Below are positions 20,841-29,754 of a stretch of DNA of 64,000 nucleotides, one piece after another (within the stretch, counting starts at the first letter, position 1; every line of letters starts with the position of its first letter). The translations under genes and the position numbers were made by a program. The notes beneath the pieces were generated by a model. The model was not told the origin of the DNA, did not search any database, and worked only from the letters and a program-made list of their open reading frames with translations. This DNA comes from an uncultured Spirochaetota bacterium (lineage in GTDB: Bacteria; Spirochaetota; Spirochaetia; SZUA-6; Fen-1364), in contig CAWJSK010000021.1 of NCBI GenBank assembly GCA_963845535.1, forward strand, positions 86,665-150,664. The letters are read 5' to 3'.

Positions 20841-21580
20841 GGATGAACGCCCTGCTTCAGGTGAACGATCTGCGCATCCACTATGGCGCGCTGGAAGCGC
20901 TGAAAGGCGTGACCCTTTCCGTGGAGGAAGGTGAGGTGGTGACCGTGCTGGGGGCTAACGGGGCAGGAAAGAGCACCCTTCTTCGCGCCATCTCCGGCCT
21001 GCTCCCGGCAAGGGACGGTGAGATCATCTTCGACGGCGCTTCCCTCTCGCGCACCCCCGCTTGCGACATCGTGGTGAAAGGGATATCCCACGCCCCCGAG
21101 GGAAGAAAAGTATTCGCCACTCTGACCGTGGAGGAGAACCTCAACCTCGGGGCGTTCACCCGACGCAGACGACGCGCGGAAGTGACGCGGGCCCGGGACA
21201 GGGTGTTCGAGCTCTTCCCTTTGTTGAAGGACAGGCGATGGCAGCTCGCGGGCACGCTCTCCGGCGGCGAGCAGCAGATGCTGGCAATAGGCCGGGCGCT
21301 GATGAGCACCCCCCGGATACTTCTTCTCGATGAACCGTCCCTCGGCCTGGCGCCCATCCTGGTCCACCTCATTTTCGACATCATCCAGGAAATCAACCGC
21401 CAGGGAGTTGCCATCCTTCTGGTTGAGCAGAACGCTCATCAGGCACTTGCGCTGGCGCGCCGCGGCTACGTGCTGGAGATCGGGCTCATCTCTGCCCACG
21501 GCACGACAATGGAGCTGCAGTCGGACAGGCGCATCCAGGAGGCGTACCTCGGAGGGACGGGCCTCAGCATGAGGCAGTAG
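20837..21580 (+). CDS. livF: Branched-chain amino acid ABC ATP-binding protein
   Basis: GANGAGKST, PEGRKVF, LSGGEQQMLAIGRAL, DEPSLGLAP. Confidence 0.92.
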   Translation: MRMNALLQVNDLRIHYGALEALKGVTLSVEEGEVVTVLGANGAGKSTLLRAISGLLPARDGEIIFDGASLSRTPACDIVVKGISHAPEGRKVFATLTVEENLNLGAFTRRRRRAEVTRARDRVFELFPLLKDRRWQLAGTLSGGEQQMLAIGRALMSTPRILLLDEPSLGLAPILVHLIFDIIQEINRQGVAILLVEQNAHQALALARRGYVLEIGLISAHGTTMELQSDRRIQEAYLGGTGLSMRQ

Positions 21581-21589
21581 ACCATCCTC

Positions 21590-21853
21590 CTATGGGATGT
21601 GCGTGTCGTTCCACTCCCGGATGGTGTACTCCTTCACAAGCCCTTCCACGTTGAAGGGATCACGCCTGATGAACTCCTCTGCGGCTTCCCGGGTGCGGAA
21701 AATGCCCATATTGCCCCGGTCCGAAAACGACCCGATGCCGATCACCACGCCCCGGCTCACGAACTCGTCCACCAGGACCTTGTGCCGGGGATACACCGCC
21801 ATGATGCTTTCCATTGTGGCTCCCGTCCCGACGCCGATCACGACGTACTTCAT
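21590..21853 (-). CDS. YciI-like (dimeric alpha-beta barrel) small protein
   Basis: AAGGAG RBS; RH...G.F.D..N.GIF...EAAEEFIRRDPF...GLV..Y.IREW pattern. Confidence 0.75.
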   Translation of the reverse strand: MKYVVIGVGTGATMESIMAVYPRHKVLVDEFVSRGVVIGIGSFSDRGNMGIFRTREAAEEFIRRDPFNVEGLVKEYTIREWNDTHIP

Positions 21854-21973
21854 GAGCTCTCCTTTTGGCCAGCCTTGCAATTGCCAAATATGTATAGCAC
21901 GGAGGACGCCAGCGATTCCTGCCCCATCGGCTACATCGGGCAACCAAGCTCCTGGTATAAGCTCGGAGATGTT

Positions 21974-22177
21974 GTGAGTAATACGGTTGAGCCTCCGGAT
22001 AACAACATGGCCAAAGGTTTGCTGTCAGGGAGAAGTTGTGATAACTGCGTGTTTTACGCGAAAAAAACTTGTACTACAGAGACAGACGATGGTGTGGCGT
22101 TAATGCACGCCTCTCGGTTCGGGGGAACTTCTGTCGTGTTCTACCCCCAGAATTGTCGGATTTACCTCTCCTCGTAG
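21974..22177 (+). CDS. Possible small Cys-rich hypothetical protein (67 aa)
   Basis: TATAAG then GGAG then GTG21974; CDNC-x7-C...C; lies in a lower-GC patch. Confidence 0.35.
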   Translation: MSNTVEPPDNNMAKGLLSGRSCDNCVFYAKKTCTTETDDGVALMHASRFGGTSVVFYPQNCRIYLSS

Positions 22178-22256
22178 GGCTATTGCCGTCGCTACATTAA
22201 GGCATCGGAGAAGGAACCTGGCGGCCAGAATCGGCTCGATCAGAGGAGGATCAAAA

Positions 22257-23100
22257 ATGGAGACATTGATGACGGGCATCGCGTTCGGCGAGTCCCCACG
22301 TTGGCACGAGGGCCGTCTGTGGTTTTCCGACTGGGGAGCGGAAAAGATAATCGCCATCGATCTCGCAGGTAATAGCGAGGTCATCGCCCGCGTGCAGTCA
22401 TTCCCGTTCTGCATCGACTGGCTGCCTGATGGGCGACTACTCATTGTCCACTCGCGAGATCGGCTCCTGCAGCGCCTGGAGCTCGACGGGACGCTCGTGA
22501 CTCATGCCGACTTGGGAAGCCTATCCCATGGCGCCTGGAACGAGATCGTCGTGGACGGTCGCGGCAACGCCTACGTCAACGGCGGTGGCTTCGACATGAT
22601 GGCCGGTGAAACATTCGCTCCTGGAATCATCGCCCTGGTGGCGCCCGATGGGTCGGCTCGACAGGTGGCCGAGGGTATCGCCTTTCCCAACGGCATGATC
22701 GTGACCCCTGACAACTCGACGCTGATCGTTGCCGAGTCCTACGCCTCCAGGCTCACAGCGTTCGATATCGCCGTAGACGGCAGCTTGTTGAATCGACGAG
22801 TGTGGGCGAATCTGCCCGGCGACCATCCCGATGGCATCTGTCTCGACACGGATGGCGCCGTCTGGAGCGCCGACGTCGGCAACAAGCATTGCGTGCGGGT
22901 CAGAGAAGGTGGCCAAGTGTTGCAGACGATCGATCTCGACCGGGGCTGCTTCGCCTGCATGCTCGGAGATTCCGACAGGAAAACGATGTTTCTGATCGCG
23001 AGAGAGTGGTATGGCATGGACATCGGCAAGGGGATGGGCACGGGCCAGGTGCTGACCGTTAGGTGCGCCGGCACCGGGCGCCGGTTGGCCGCGCGCATGA
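22257..23100 (+). CDS. SMP-30/gluconolactonase/LRE family protein; frameshift near 23064
   Basis: AGGAGG RBS; FGESPRWH..LWFSD, FPNG, PDGICLD; removing one base restores the family-typical end APAPGAGWP with stop at 23100. Confidence 0.85.
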
Positions 23101-23276
23101 TTTCCGAGGACTGTTGCCTCCTGCATGCTTGGCGTCATTCCAAAGCCGCTCGGAGAGGGCCTGTACTCACGGCGCGCGTGGCGCGAAAACGCCGCCGCGT
23201 TTTGATCGAGCTGGCGTAGGGAGTCAGGCAGTTCCTGCCGCGTCCGCCCCGGACGCTAACGGCCGTGACGGTCCTT

Positions 23277-24113
23277 TCAGCGCTTGTTGATCTTTTTCCC
23301 AGGACCTGGCCCGCGCGGCGCCGGATGTTTGGGCGGCTTTGCAAGCTGAGCCGGCGGCGCGGGCGCCAGCGTCTCGGAAATGGGCGTGCTGACGATCTTC
23401 TGATTCATAATTGCAAGCCCGCCGCCGCTGCTCAGCGTGTTGATGATGACCTCGTGGACAACCGCGTCATGGCTCAAGCCGCGGCTCATGCCCAAGCCGT
23501 ACACGAGGGCAAGAGAAGCGTATCCGGACGGCGGCAAGCCGCTTGCCACGAGCAGCTTGCCGATCTGCAGGGAGTCGGCATCCTCCATGGGAGCGACGGC
23601 GCGCAGGTCCATGATGGCCCCGCAGGCCGCGAGCGCAGCCTCCTTCCCCGCGTGCCGCGTCGCGCTCGCGGACAAAAGACCGCCCACAAGCTGGTCAGGA
23701 AGACCGGAGCGCAGAAAAACCTCCACGTCCTTGACGGTCTCATCCGCAACGGGAGACAGGAAAGACCCGCCAAAGCCGGCGCGTTCGACGATGAGCCACG
23801 CGCGGGAAAGGAGGCCCAGCTCCGAGCCGAGTGTGCTCACCAGCTTGTCGGAAGGGACACCCTTCGCCTCGCCTTCCCGCATCTTGTTCAGAAGGAGACG
23901 CTGAGGAACATGCTGCCGTGCCGCCTGGGCGAAGATCTGGGAAAGCTCACCGCGCACGTCGGAATACGCAGCCGCGTGCGGATCCGAGCGGTACCAATCA
24001 TCAAGGAAGTCGCTCCATGATGCGCTGGCCGCGGCCACGAGGAAAAGCGAAGCGAACAGCGTGACCCATGGTAGAGAAAAGCCCGCGCGTTGCGCCGTGA
24101 GAGAGCTCTGCAT
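23277..24113 (-). CDS. Hypothetical secreted, largely helical protein in the ECF operon
   Basis: Hydrophobic signal-like N-terminus; PQRLLLNKMREGEAKGVP; Pro/Gly/Lys-rich tail; directly follows the anti-sigma gene. Confidence 0.65.
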   Translation of the reverse strand: MQSSLTAQRAGFSLPWVTLFASLFLVAAASASWSDFLDDWYRSDPHAAAYSDVRGELSQIFAQAARQHVPQRLLLNKMREGEAKGVPSDKLVSTLGSELGLLSRAWLIVERAGFGGSFLSPVADETVKDVEVFLRSGLPDQLVGGLLSASATRHAGKEAALAACGAIMDLRAVAPMEDADSLQIGKLLVASGLPPSGYASLALVYGLGMSRGLSHDAVVHEVIINTLSSGGGLAIMNQKIVSTPISETLAPAPPAQLAKPPKHPAPRGPGPGKKINKR

Positions 24114-24127
24114 AGAGGGTCCCTTCC

Positions 24128-24763
24128 TCACAGCCTGAGCACGGAGGCGAGGCCGCCGAAGCCGTCATCCACCTGGGTCTCCGAATGAGGATCAGGGACC
24201 CATTCCTTCCCGTCAATCAGGAAGTCGTACGTATAGACCGCCCCCGTGCGAAGAGGAACCGTGACTTCCCAGACGCCGTTCTGCCCTTGTTTCAGTTTCA
24301 GCTCTCCCGCGCGCCATCCGTTGAAGTCTCCGGCGAGGCTGACCCCGAGGGCTGACGGAGCCTCCAGACGGAAGCTCACCATCACCCGCTCCCCCGCGGA
24401 GTGCATGCGCGCCTGGAGGATGAAACCCCCGACTCCCAGAAGGAGAGCAACGCATCCTGCAAGGGGCAAGGCCCATCTCATCGTCTGCATCGTCGAACCG
24501 GAGAAGTGGCGCACCTTGGTCCGCGTTGCCCGCCTCATGACCGAGTGCGTGAAGTCAGCGGAGGGGGTCTCTTCCGCCGGCGCCAGCCCGGACAGCTCAC
24601 CCGCGTCATGGCGAAGGAACGGGATCAACGCCTCGTAGTTGCTCCCGCAGCGCGCGCACGTGCGGCTGTGGTTGATGATGAAAAATAGCCTCTGCGCGTC
24701 GGAAATGTTGCCGTGTTCCCACTCGTCGATTGCGGCGTCTACGCGCCGGCATGTGTCGCTCAT
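24128..24763 (-). CDS. Zinc anti-sigma factor with TM helix and C-terminal CBM48/AMPK-beta-like glycogen-binding domain
   Basis: HSRTCARC (HxxxCxxC ZAS motif); TM WALPLAGCVALLLGVGGFIL; VSLAGDFNGW...GVWEVTVPL..G.YTYDFLIDGKEWVPDP...DDGFGG. Confidence 0.82.
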   Translation of the reverse strand: MSDTCRRVDAAIDEWEHGNISDAQRLFFIINHSRTCARCGSNYEALIPFLRHDAGELSGLAPAEETPSADFTHSVMRRATRTKVRHFSGSTMQTMRWALPLAGCVALLLGVGGFILQARMHSAGERVMVSFRLEAPSALGVSLAGDFNGWRAGELKLKQGQNGVWEVTVPLRTGAVYTYDFLIDGKEWVPDPHSETQVDDGFGGLASVLRL

Positions 24764-24786
24764 ACTGTTGCCTGCTTGTTACTATA

Positions 24787-25377
24787 CTATGGTAGACCCT
24801 CAAGCGTTGCGTTCTTCTGCAGAGTTTCGCGCAATTTTTGCCGGCCGCGGAACAGGCGGGACTTGACGTTCTCCGCGCCGATGTTGAGGACGGCACCGAT
24901 GGTCTCCACGCGCATTTCCTCGTAGTAGTACAACAGGATCACCTCACGCAGCGCCTGAGGGAGCGAGTCCACCGCCTGACGCAGCGCGCTTCGTTCGTAG
25001 TCCTCCACCACAAGGCGCTGCGGGTCTGATTCCCCGCCGGCGGCAAGCTCGACCTCTGCGGCAGCCGTGCGCTCCTCCCGCCGGCGCATGCGGCCGTAGG
25101 CGCTTCGGAGGTGATTCACGGCAATGCTGTAAAGCCAGGGGAGCATCTTCTTGTCCAGGCTGAAGCGGTGCAGGGACCGGTATGCGCGCAGGAATATCTC
25201 CTGCGCCGCCTCCTCCGCTTCCTCGCGGTTTCCAAGGAAAGAAAGGGAGAGCCTCACGATGAGGCCCTTGTACCGGTCAACGATGAGCCGAAAGGCGTCC
25301 TTGTTCCCTCGAAGGACCTCGCCGATTGCGGCGAGCTCGTCCGCGCGTTCGGACCCCTCGGCGCGAATCTCTTCCAC
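24787..25377 (-). CDS. ECF RNA polymerase sigma factor
   Basis: Region 2 (AFRLIVDRY, AEEAAQEIFLRAY, WLYSIAVN) and region 4.2 (LP..LREVILLYYYE, VKSRLFRGR); probable GTG start 7 nt after TACATT. Confidence 0.9.
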   Translation of the reverse strand: MEEIRAEGSERADELAAIGEVLRGNKDAFRLIVDRYKGLIVRLSLSFLGNREEAEEAAQEIFLRAYRSLHRFSLDKKMLPWLYSIAVNHLRSAYGRMRRREERTAAAEVELAAGGESDPQRLVVEDYERSALRQAVDSLPQALREVILLYYYEEMRVETIGAVLNIGAENVKSRLFRGRQKLRETLQKNATLEGLP

Positions 25378-25754
25378 GGGACTTAATGTACCACCCCAGG
25401 CGGGAAAAAAGCACGGAAGTCGTTCGTGTGCACGTGCAACCACCTCGTCATGGGCAGGGTATACATGAGTGTCACCATTGTGGCGCTGTCGGCCTCCCAA
25501 GAGAACTGAACAGCGCGCGGGGGGTTGGTGAAGCGCGGGCCCCGTTCCGCGCACCTCTCGCAAATCCCTTTCCACGGCCGGCCGCAGACCTCCCTGAGCG
25601 CCCTTGATCGAGAGGTTCTGGACCGGCCATCTTTTTTGGCGAACAACGCCAAAACAAACAAATTACCCTGGCCCTGCAATAACGCCGCGCGTCTTTCGTC
25701 TGTTACTGCATGACGGGCTCGAGAGAGCAGATACGAGACTTGTATGGCGGGCGC

Positions 25755-25820
25755 TTGACGCTTCTTTCGGGAAATAGTATGTTTTCGTATATTACGAAAC
25801 CGAACATTTCGTAATCGAAG
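25755..25820 (+). promoter_or_regulatory. Promoter and MarR operator(s) of the efflux operon
   Basis: TTGACG-17 nt-TATGTT; inverted repeat TTTCGTA-tat-TACGAAA at 25783-25799; related TTTCGTAATCGAAG from 25807. Confidence 0.7.
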
Positions 25821-25829
25821 AAAACGGAT

Positions 25830-26264
25830 ATGACTGAGATACAGCTCCTTGAGCTTCTGGGTGACATCTACCGCCGCGTTTTCCGAGCCGTCGCGCCGCT
25901 TGCGCAGTCCGAAGGGCTCTCCATGACCGAGATGCTCGTGGTGTGGAAGATGCACGCGCGGGAATGCCGCCGTGTGAAGGAGCTCGTGGCGGAGATCGGG
26001 CTGCCCCCGAGCACACTGACGGGGATCCTGGATCGGCTGACCGCGGCCGGCTGGCTGGCGCGGGAGGCTGACCACGAGGACCGGCGGGCCGTTGTCATGA
26101 GACGCACGGAGAAGCTGGACAAGTTCATTCGGGTTCTGAGGCAGGAAAGGGCAAAATCCATGGAGGCGGCGTTCCGCAAGCTGCCCCGGGATCTCATGGA
26201 CAGGCTGGCAGCGGACCTGACTGCCGTTCACGACCTGCTGGAAGCAGAGGAGAAGACGGAGTGA
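25830..26264 (+). CDS. MarR-family transcriptional regulator
   Basis: Winged HTH STLTGILDRL...GWLAR...EDRR. Confidence 0.9.
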   Translation: MTEIQLLELLGDIYRRVFRAVAPLAQSEGLSMTEMLVVWKMHARECRRVKELVAEIGLPPSTLTGILDRLTAAGWLAREADHEDRRAVVMRRTEKLDKFIRVLRQERAKSMEAAFRKLPRDLMDRLAADLTAVHDLLEAEEKTE

Positions 26265-27856
26265 GTGATCGGGCAGCAGAGCGGGGCACCTCTCCCGCGA
26301 AGGGGATACAGGGCGGCGCGGAGGCGGGGCAGGCCGGCTACCATTGGATGGCCCCGGTCCTCGTGGCCCTCATTGGCGCATTCATGGCCATCCTGGATTC
26401 GAGCATCGTCAACGTGGCCATCCCGACCATGATGAACGTGTTCAACGCGAACCCGAGCTCCATCGAATGGGTTTCGACCATCTACATGCTGGCCCTCGGC
26501 GTCGTGGTCCCACTTTCGGGATGGCTTGGCGACCGCATGGGCTTCAAGCGGCTGTACATCCTGTCTATGGCGGCGTTCATGGCCGGATCTCTCCTGTGCA
26601 CCCTTGCATGGAGCCTGAACTCGCTGATCTTTGCGCGGGTGATCCAGGCCATCGGCGGCGGGATGATCATGCCAACCACCATGGCCATGATCTACCGCAT
26701 GGTGCCCCGGGACAAGATCGGCTCGGGGATGGGGATCTTCGGGATAGCGCTGCTCGTTGCCCCTGCCATAGGCCCGACTCTTGGCGGGTACCTGGTCGAG
26801 TACGTGAACTGGCGATGGATCTTCACGATCAACCTTCCCATCGGGGTGATCGGAATGCTGCTCGCGTTCTTCATCCTGCCGGAGTTCCAGAGCAAGCACC
26901 CGGGCAGGTTCGATGTAACAGGGGCTCTCACGTCGGCAGCAACCTTGTTCTGCCTGCTCCTGGCCCTCAGCAAAGGATCCGACTGGGGCTGGGGAGACGA
27001 GAGAACGATCATGCTGTTCTTCGTAAGCCTGGTCTCGCTCGTCCTTTTCGTCTACGTCGAGCTGACCTCGGATAACCCGCTCCTCGACCTGCGGGTTTTC
27101 AAATACCCAAGCTTCACGCTGGCCAACCTCACGATCATCGTGACCACGGTCGGGATGTTCTCAGGTATTTTTTTCCTGCCTCTTTTCCTCCAAAGCATTC
27201 GGGGCATGGGGGCCATGGAAACCGGCCTCCTCATGATGCCGGGCGCTCTTGTCTCAGGTCTCATGATGCCCATCATCGGAAGGCTCTTCGACAAAATCGG
27301 CCCGCGCCCGCTTGTGCTCCTGGGGCTGCTCACGCTTGCCTTCGTGACGTTCCTTTTCCGCAACCTCAACCTTGCCACGGCAACGGTGACAATCATGGTG
27401 TGGAACATGCTTCGGAGCATGGTGATCCCCCTGGCAAACATGCCGGCCCAGACGGCGTCAATGGTGGATATCCCCACGGAGCTCATTGGACGCGCGTCGT
27501 CCATCACCAATATCATCAGCCGCGTATCCAGTTCCTTTGGGATTGCCGTGCTGACCTCCATGCTCACCACCCGGCAGGCCATCCACGGCGCGCGGATTTC
27601 CTGGGGACTGAACGCCGCCAATCCAACCGTCATGCAGACCATCGGGCGCGCGGCGGCCGCCCTGGGCGGAGGCGCGCGAGGCAAGAGCCTTGCCCTGGCC
27701 TATCTCCAGGGGATGGTCGCCAAGACATCGTTTGTCAACGCAATCGACGACGTTTTCATCGCTACTGCCGCTTTCACTCTGATCGCCATTGTTCCGGCGC
27801 TTTTCCTCAAGAAAGGCGTGAACGGCAAGGCTCGGGGAGCGGCCATGGCCGAATAG
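26261..27856 (+). CDS. DHA2 family MFS multidrug efflux permease (EmrB/QacA-like)
   Basis: FMAILDSSIVNVAIP, GWLGDRMG, APAIGPTLGG, WRWIFTINLPIG. Confidence 0.92.
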   Translation: MSDRAAERGTSPAKGIQGGAEAGQAGYHWMAPVLVALIGAFMAILDSSIVNVAIPTMMNVFNANPSSIEWVSTIYMLALGVVVPLSGWLGDRMGFKRLYILSMAAFMAGSLLCTLAWSLNSLIFARVIQAIGGGMIMPTTMAMIYRMVPRDKIGSGMGIFGIALLVAPAIGPTLGGYLVEYVNWRWIFTINLPIGVIGMLLAFFILPEFQSKHPGRFDVTGALTSAATLFCLLLALSKGSDWGWGDERTIMLFFVSLVSLVLFVYVELTSDNPLLDLRVFKYPSFTLANLTIIVTTVGMFSGIFFLPLFLQSIRGMGAMETGLLMMPGALVSGLMMPIIGRLFDKIGPRPLVLLGLLTLAFVTFLFRNLNLATATVTIMVWNMLRSMVIPLANMPAQTASMVDIPTELIGRASSITNIISRVSSSFGIAVLTSMLTTRQAIHGARISWGLNAANPTVMQTIGRAAAALGGGARGKSLALAYLQGMVAKTSFVNAIDDVFIATAAFTLIAIVPALFLKKGVNGKARGAAMAE

Positions 27857-27901
27857 CCCCCTTTTCAGGCGGGCATCCATTCAAGAGGAGAGGATCAACT
27901 G

Positions 27902-28597
27902 ATGTCGCGAAAAACTGTCATCATTCTGGTTATTGCTATTGCAATTGTCGCCGCCGGCGGGATCGTCGGGTATTACGCGTATGAAGGATTCCGCTACGTC
28001 TCCACGGACGACGCCCGCGTCGCGTCGAATGTCGTGGCCGTGAGTCCTGAGATCGCGGGCAAGGTGCTGGAGTGGCGCGTGAAGGAAGGGGACATGGTCC
28101 AGAAGGACGAAGTCCTGGGCCGCCAGGACCTCGAGGCCGCCCTCACCTCCGGTGCCATCAATCCGCAGACCATGGGCTCCGTTGCCGGGGTGGTGGCTGA
28201 AAAAGCCGTGCTGCGCGCGCCAATTGCGGGCCAGGTCATTCTTTCGGACGCCGTGGTGGGAGAGATGGCCGTCCCGGGCATGTCGCTCGCGGTTATTGCG
28301 GACATGGACGGCCTCTACATCAGCGCGAACATCAAGGAAGGGGATATTGCGCGCGTCAAGATCGGACTGCCCGCGGACATCTGGGTGGACGCCTTCCACA
28401 GCCGGCTGTTTCACGGAAGGGTGGAGACGATAGGCCGGGCAACGTCGTCGACCTTCTCCCTCCTCCCCTCCCAGAACGGGGGCGGGAACTACACGAAGGT
28501 CATCCAGGTCATTCCGATCAAGGTGAGCATCCTCGATCAGGGCGACGCGCGCCTGATGATCGGAATGAACGCGTATATCAAGATTCACATCAATTAG
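27902..28597 (+). CDS. HlyD/EmrA-like periplasmic adaptor, short form
   Basis: VSTDDARV, STFSLLP.QN.GGNYTKVIQVIPIK; only about 30 residues between the lipoyl halves. Confidence 0.85.
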   Translation: MSRKTVIILVIAIAIVAAGGIVGYYAYEGFRYVSTDDARVASNVVAVSPEIAGKVLEWRVKEGDMVQKDEVLGRQDLEAALTSGAINPQTMGSVAGVVAEKAVLRAPIAGQVILSDAVVGEMAVPGMSLAVIADMDGLYISANIKEGDIARVKIGLPADIWVDAFHSRLFHGRVETIGRATSSTFSLLPSQNGGGNYTKVIQVIPIKVSILDQGDARLMIGMNAYIKIHIN

Positions 28598-28608
28598 ATG
28601 CAAGGAGC

Positions 28609-29754
28609 ATGGACGTGAAAAAATTGCGATCTCTGCCGTGGCTCATCCTGGCGGCCGCGGCATTTTCCCTTATCGCCTGCCAGCCAAAGACGGCCCTGCG
28701 CGTCACCGTGAAGAGCCAGGCGGCCCAGGACGGCACAATCGACAGGAACGTGGAGTTCTCCGGAGTCCTTGTCCCCAACAGGACGGTCAACATCTTCGCC
28801 AAGCTCGCCGGCCAGGCCACGTTCGTGGGCGCTGACGTTGGAAACCAGGTGAAGGCGGGGCAACTCCTCGTGCAGATCGACACCAAGGAACTGAACGCGC
28901 AGCTCAAGGTGGCGGAAGCCCAGCTCGCCGGCGTCAGCGACCAGGCTGCTCAAGCCAAGATCGGCGTGGAGACGGCGCGGCTGAACCTGGATCTCGCCCA
29001 GAGGGCGTACGACAGGACAAAGACGCTTCTGGACAGCAAGGTCGTCACGCAGAGCCAGCTTGACGACGCCCAGACCAAGCTCGACCTGGCCAAAAGCGCA
29101 TTCGACAACGCAAACCAGCAATACAACACCATCAGCAACTCCGGTGTGGCCCAGGCCGAGGCCCAGGTCAACTTCATCCGTGTGCAGATCTCCAACAGCA
29201 CCATCACGAGCCCCATCCCGGGCGTCGTGACCAACAGGAACATCAACGCGGGGGAGATCACATCGACGTCCTCACCGCTCATGTCGGTAGCCGACACCTT
29301 TACGCTGAAATTGCAGGGGAACCTCTCCCAGGAGGATATCGTTCGCCTGAGCCTGGGAAGCAAGGTCAAGGTGTCCGTCGATGTAATGCCGGGCAAGCAG
29401 TACACGGGCCGCGTGGAACAGGTGGGACCGGTTGCGGCCGCCACGGGCCAGTATTTCCCGGTCGTCGTGGACCTTCCCAACGACGGCAGGCTGCTCGCCG
29501 GCATGACCGCGAAAGCATCCTTCGCGCTCAACAGCGCTCAGGGGGTCCTTATCCCATTATCCGCGGTGGCTTCCGGTGAGGACGGCCAGGCGTTCGTCTT
29601 CGTGGTCTCTGCAGGCACCGTGCACAAGAGGGCGGTGACGCTGGGAATGAGGAATGACACGGAAGTCCTGGTCCTCTCCGGGCTGCAGGCAGGTGAGACA
29701 GTTGCAACATCGAACGTCGACGCGCTCCAGGATGGGATGGGGGTGGCTCAATGA
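28609..29754 (+). CDS. Efflux RND-type periplasmic adaptor (MFP), putative lipoprotein
   Basis: Lipobox-like FSLIAC; long coiled-coil hairpin; ITSPIPGVV; LIPLSAV; VLSGLQAGE. Confidence 0.85.
   Translation: MDVKKLRSLPWLILAAAAFSLIACQPKTALRVTVKSQAAQDGTIDRNVEFSGVLVPNRTVNIFAKLAGQATFVGADVGNQVKAGQLLVQIDTKELNAQLKVAEAQLAGVSDQAAQAKIGVETARLNLDLAQRAYDRTKTLLDSKVVTQSQLDDAQTKLDLAKSAFDNANQQYNTISNSGVAQAEAQVNFIRVQISNSTITSPIPGVVTNRNINAGEITSTSSPLMSVADTFTLKLQGNLSQEDIVRLSLGSKVKVSVDVMPGKQYTGRVEQVGPVAAATGQYFPVVVDLPNDGRLLAGMTAKASFALNSAQGVLIPLSAVASGEDGQAFVFVVSAGTVHKRAVTLGMRNDTEVLVLSGLQAGETVATSNVDALQDGMGVAQ

Noticed and set aside
25400..25740. Long intergenic region with hairpin TTTTGGCG-aacaa-CGCCAAAA (25634-25654) as ncRNA or attC
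   Set aside because: No attC core sites, no integrase and no known RNA motif; nothing beyond a simple hairpin can be supported.
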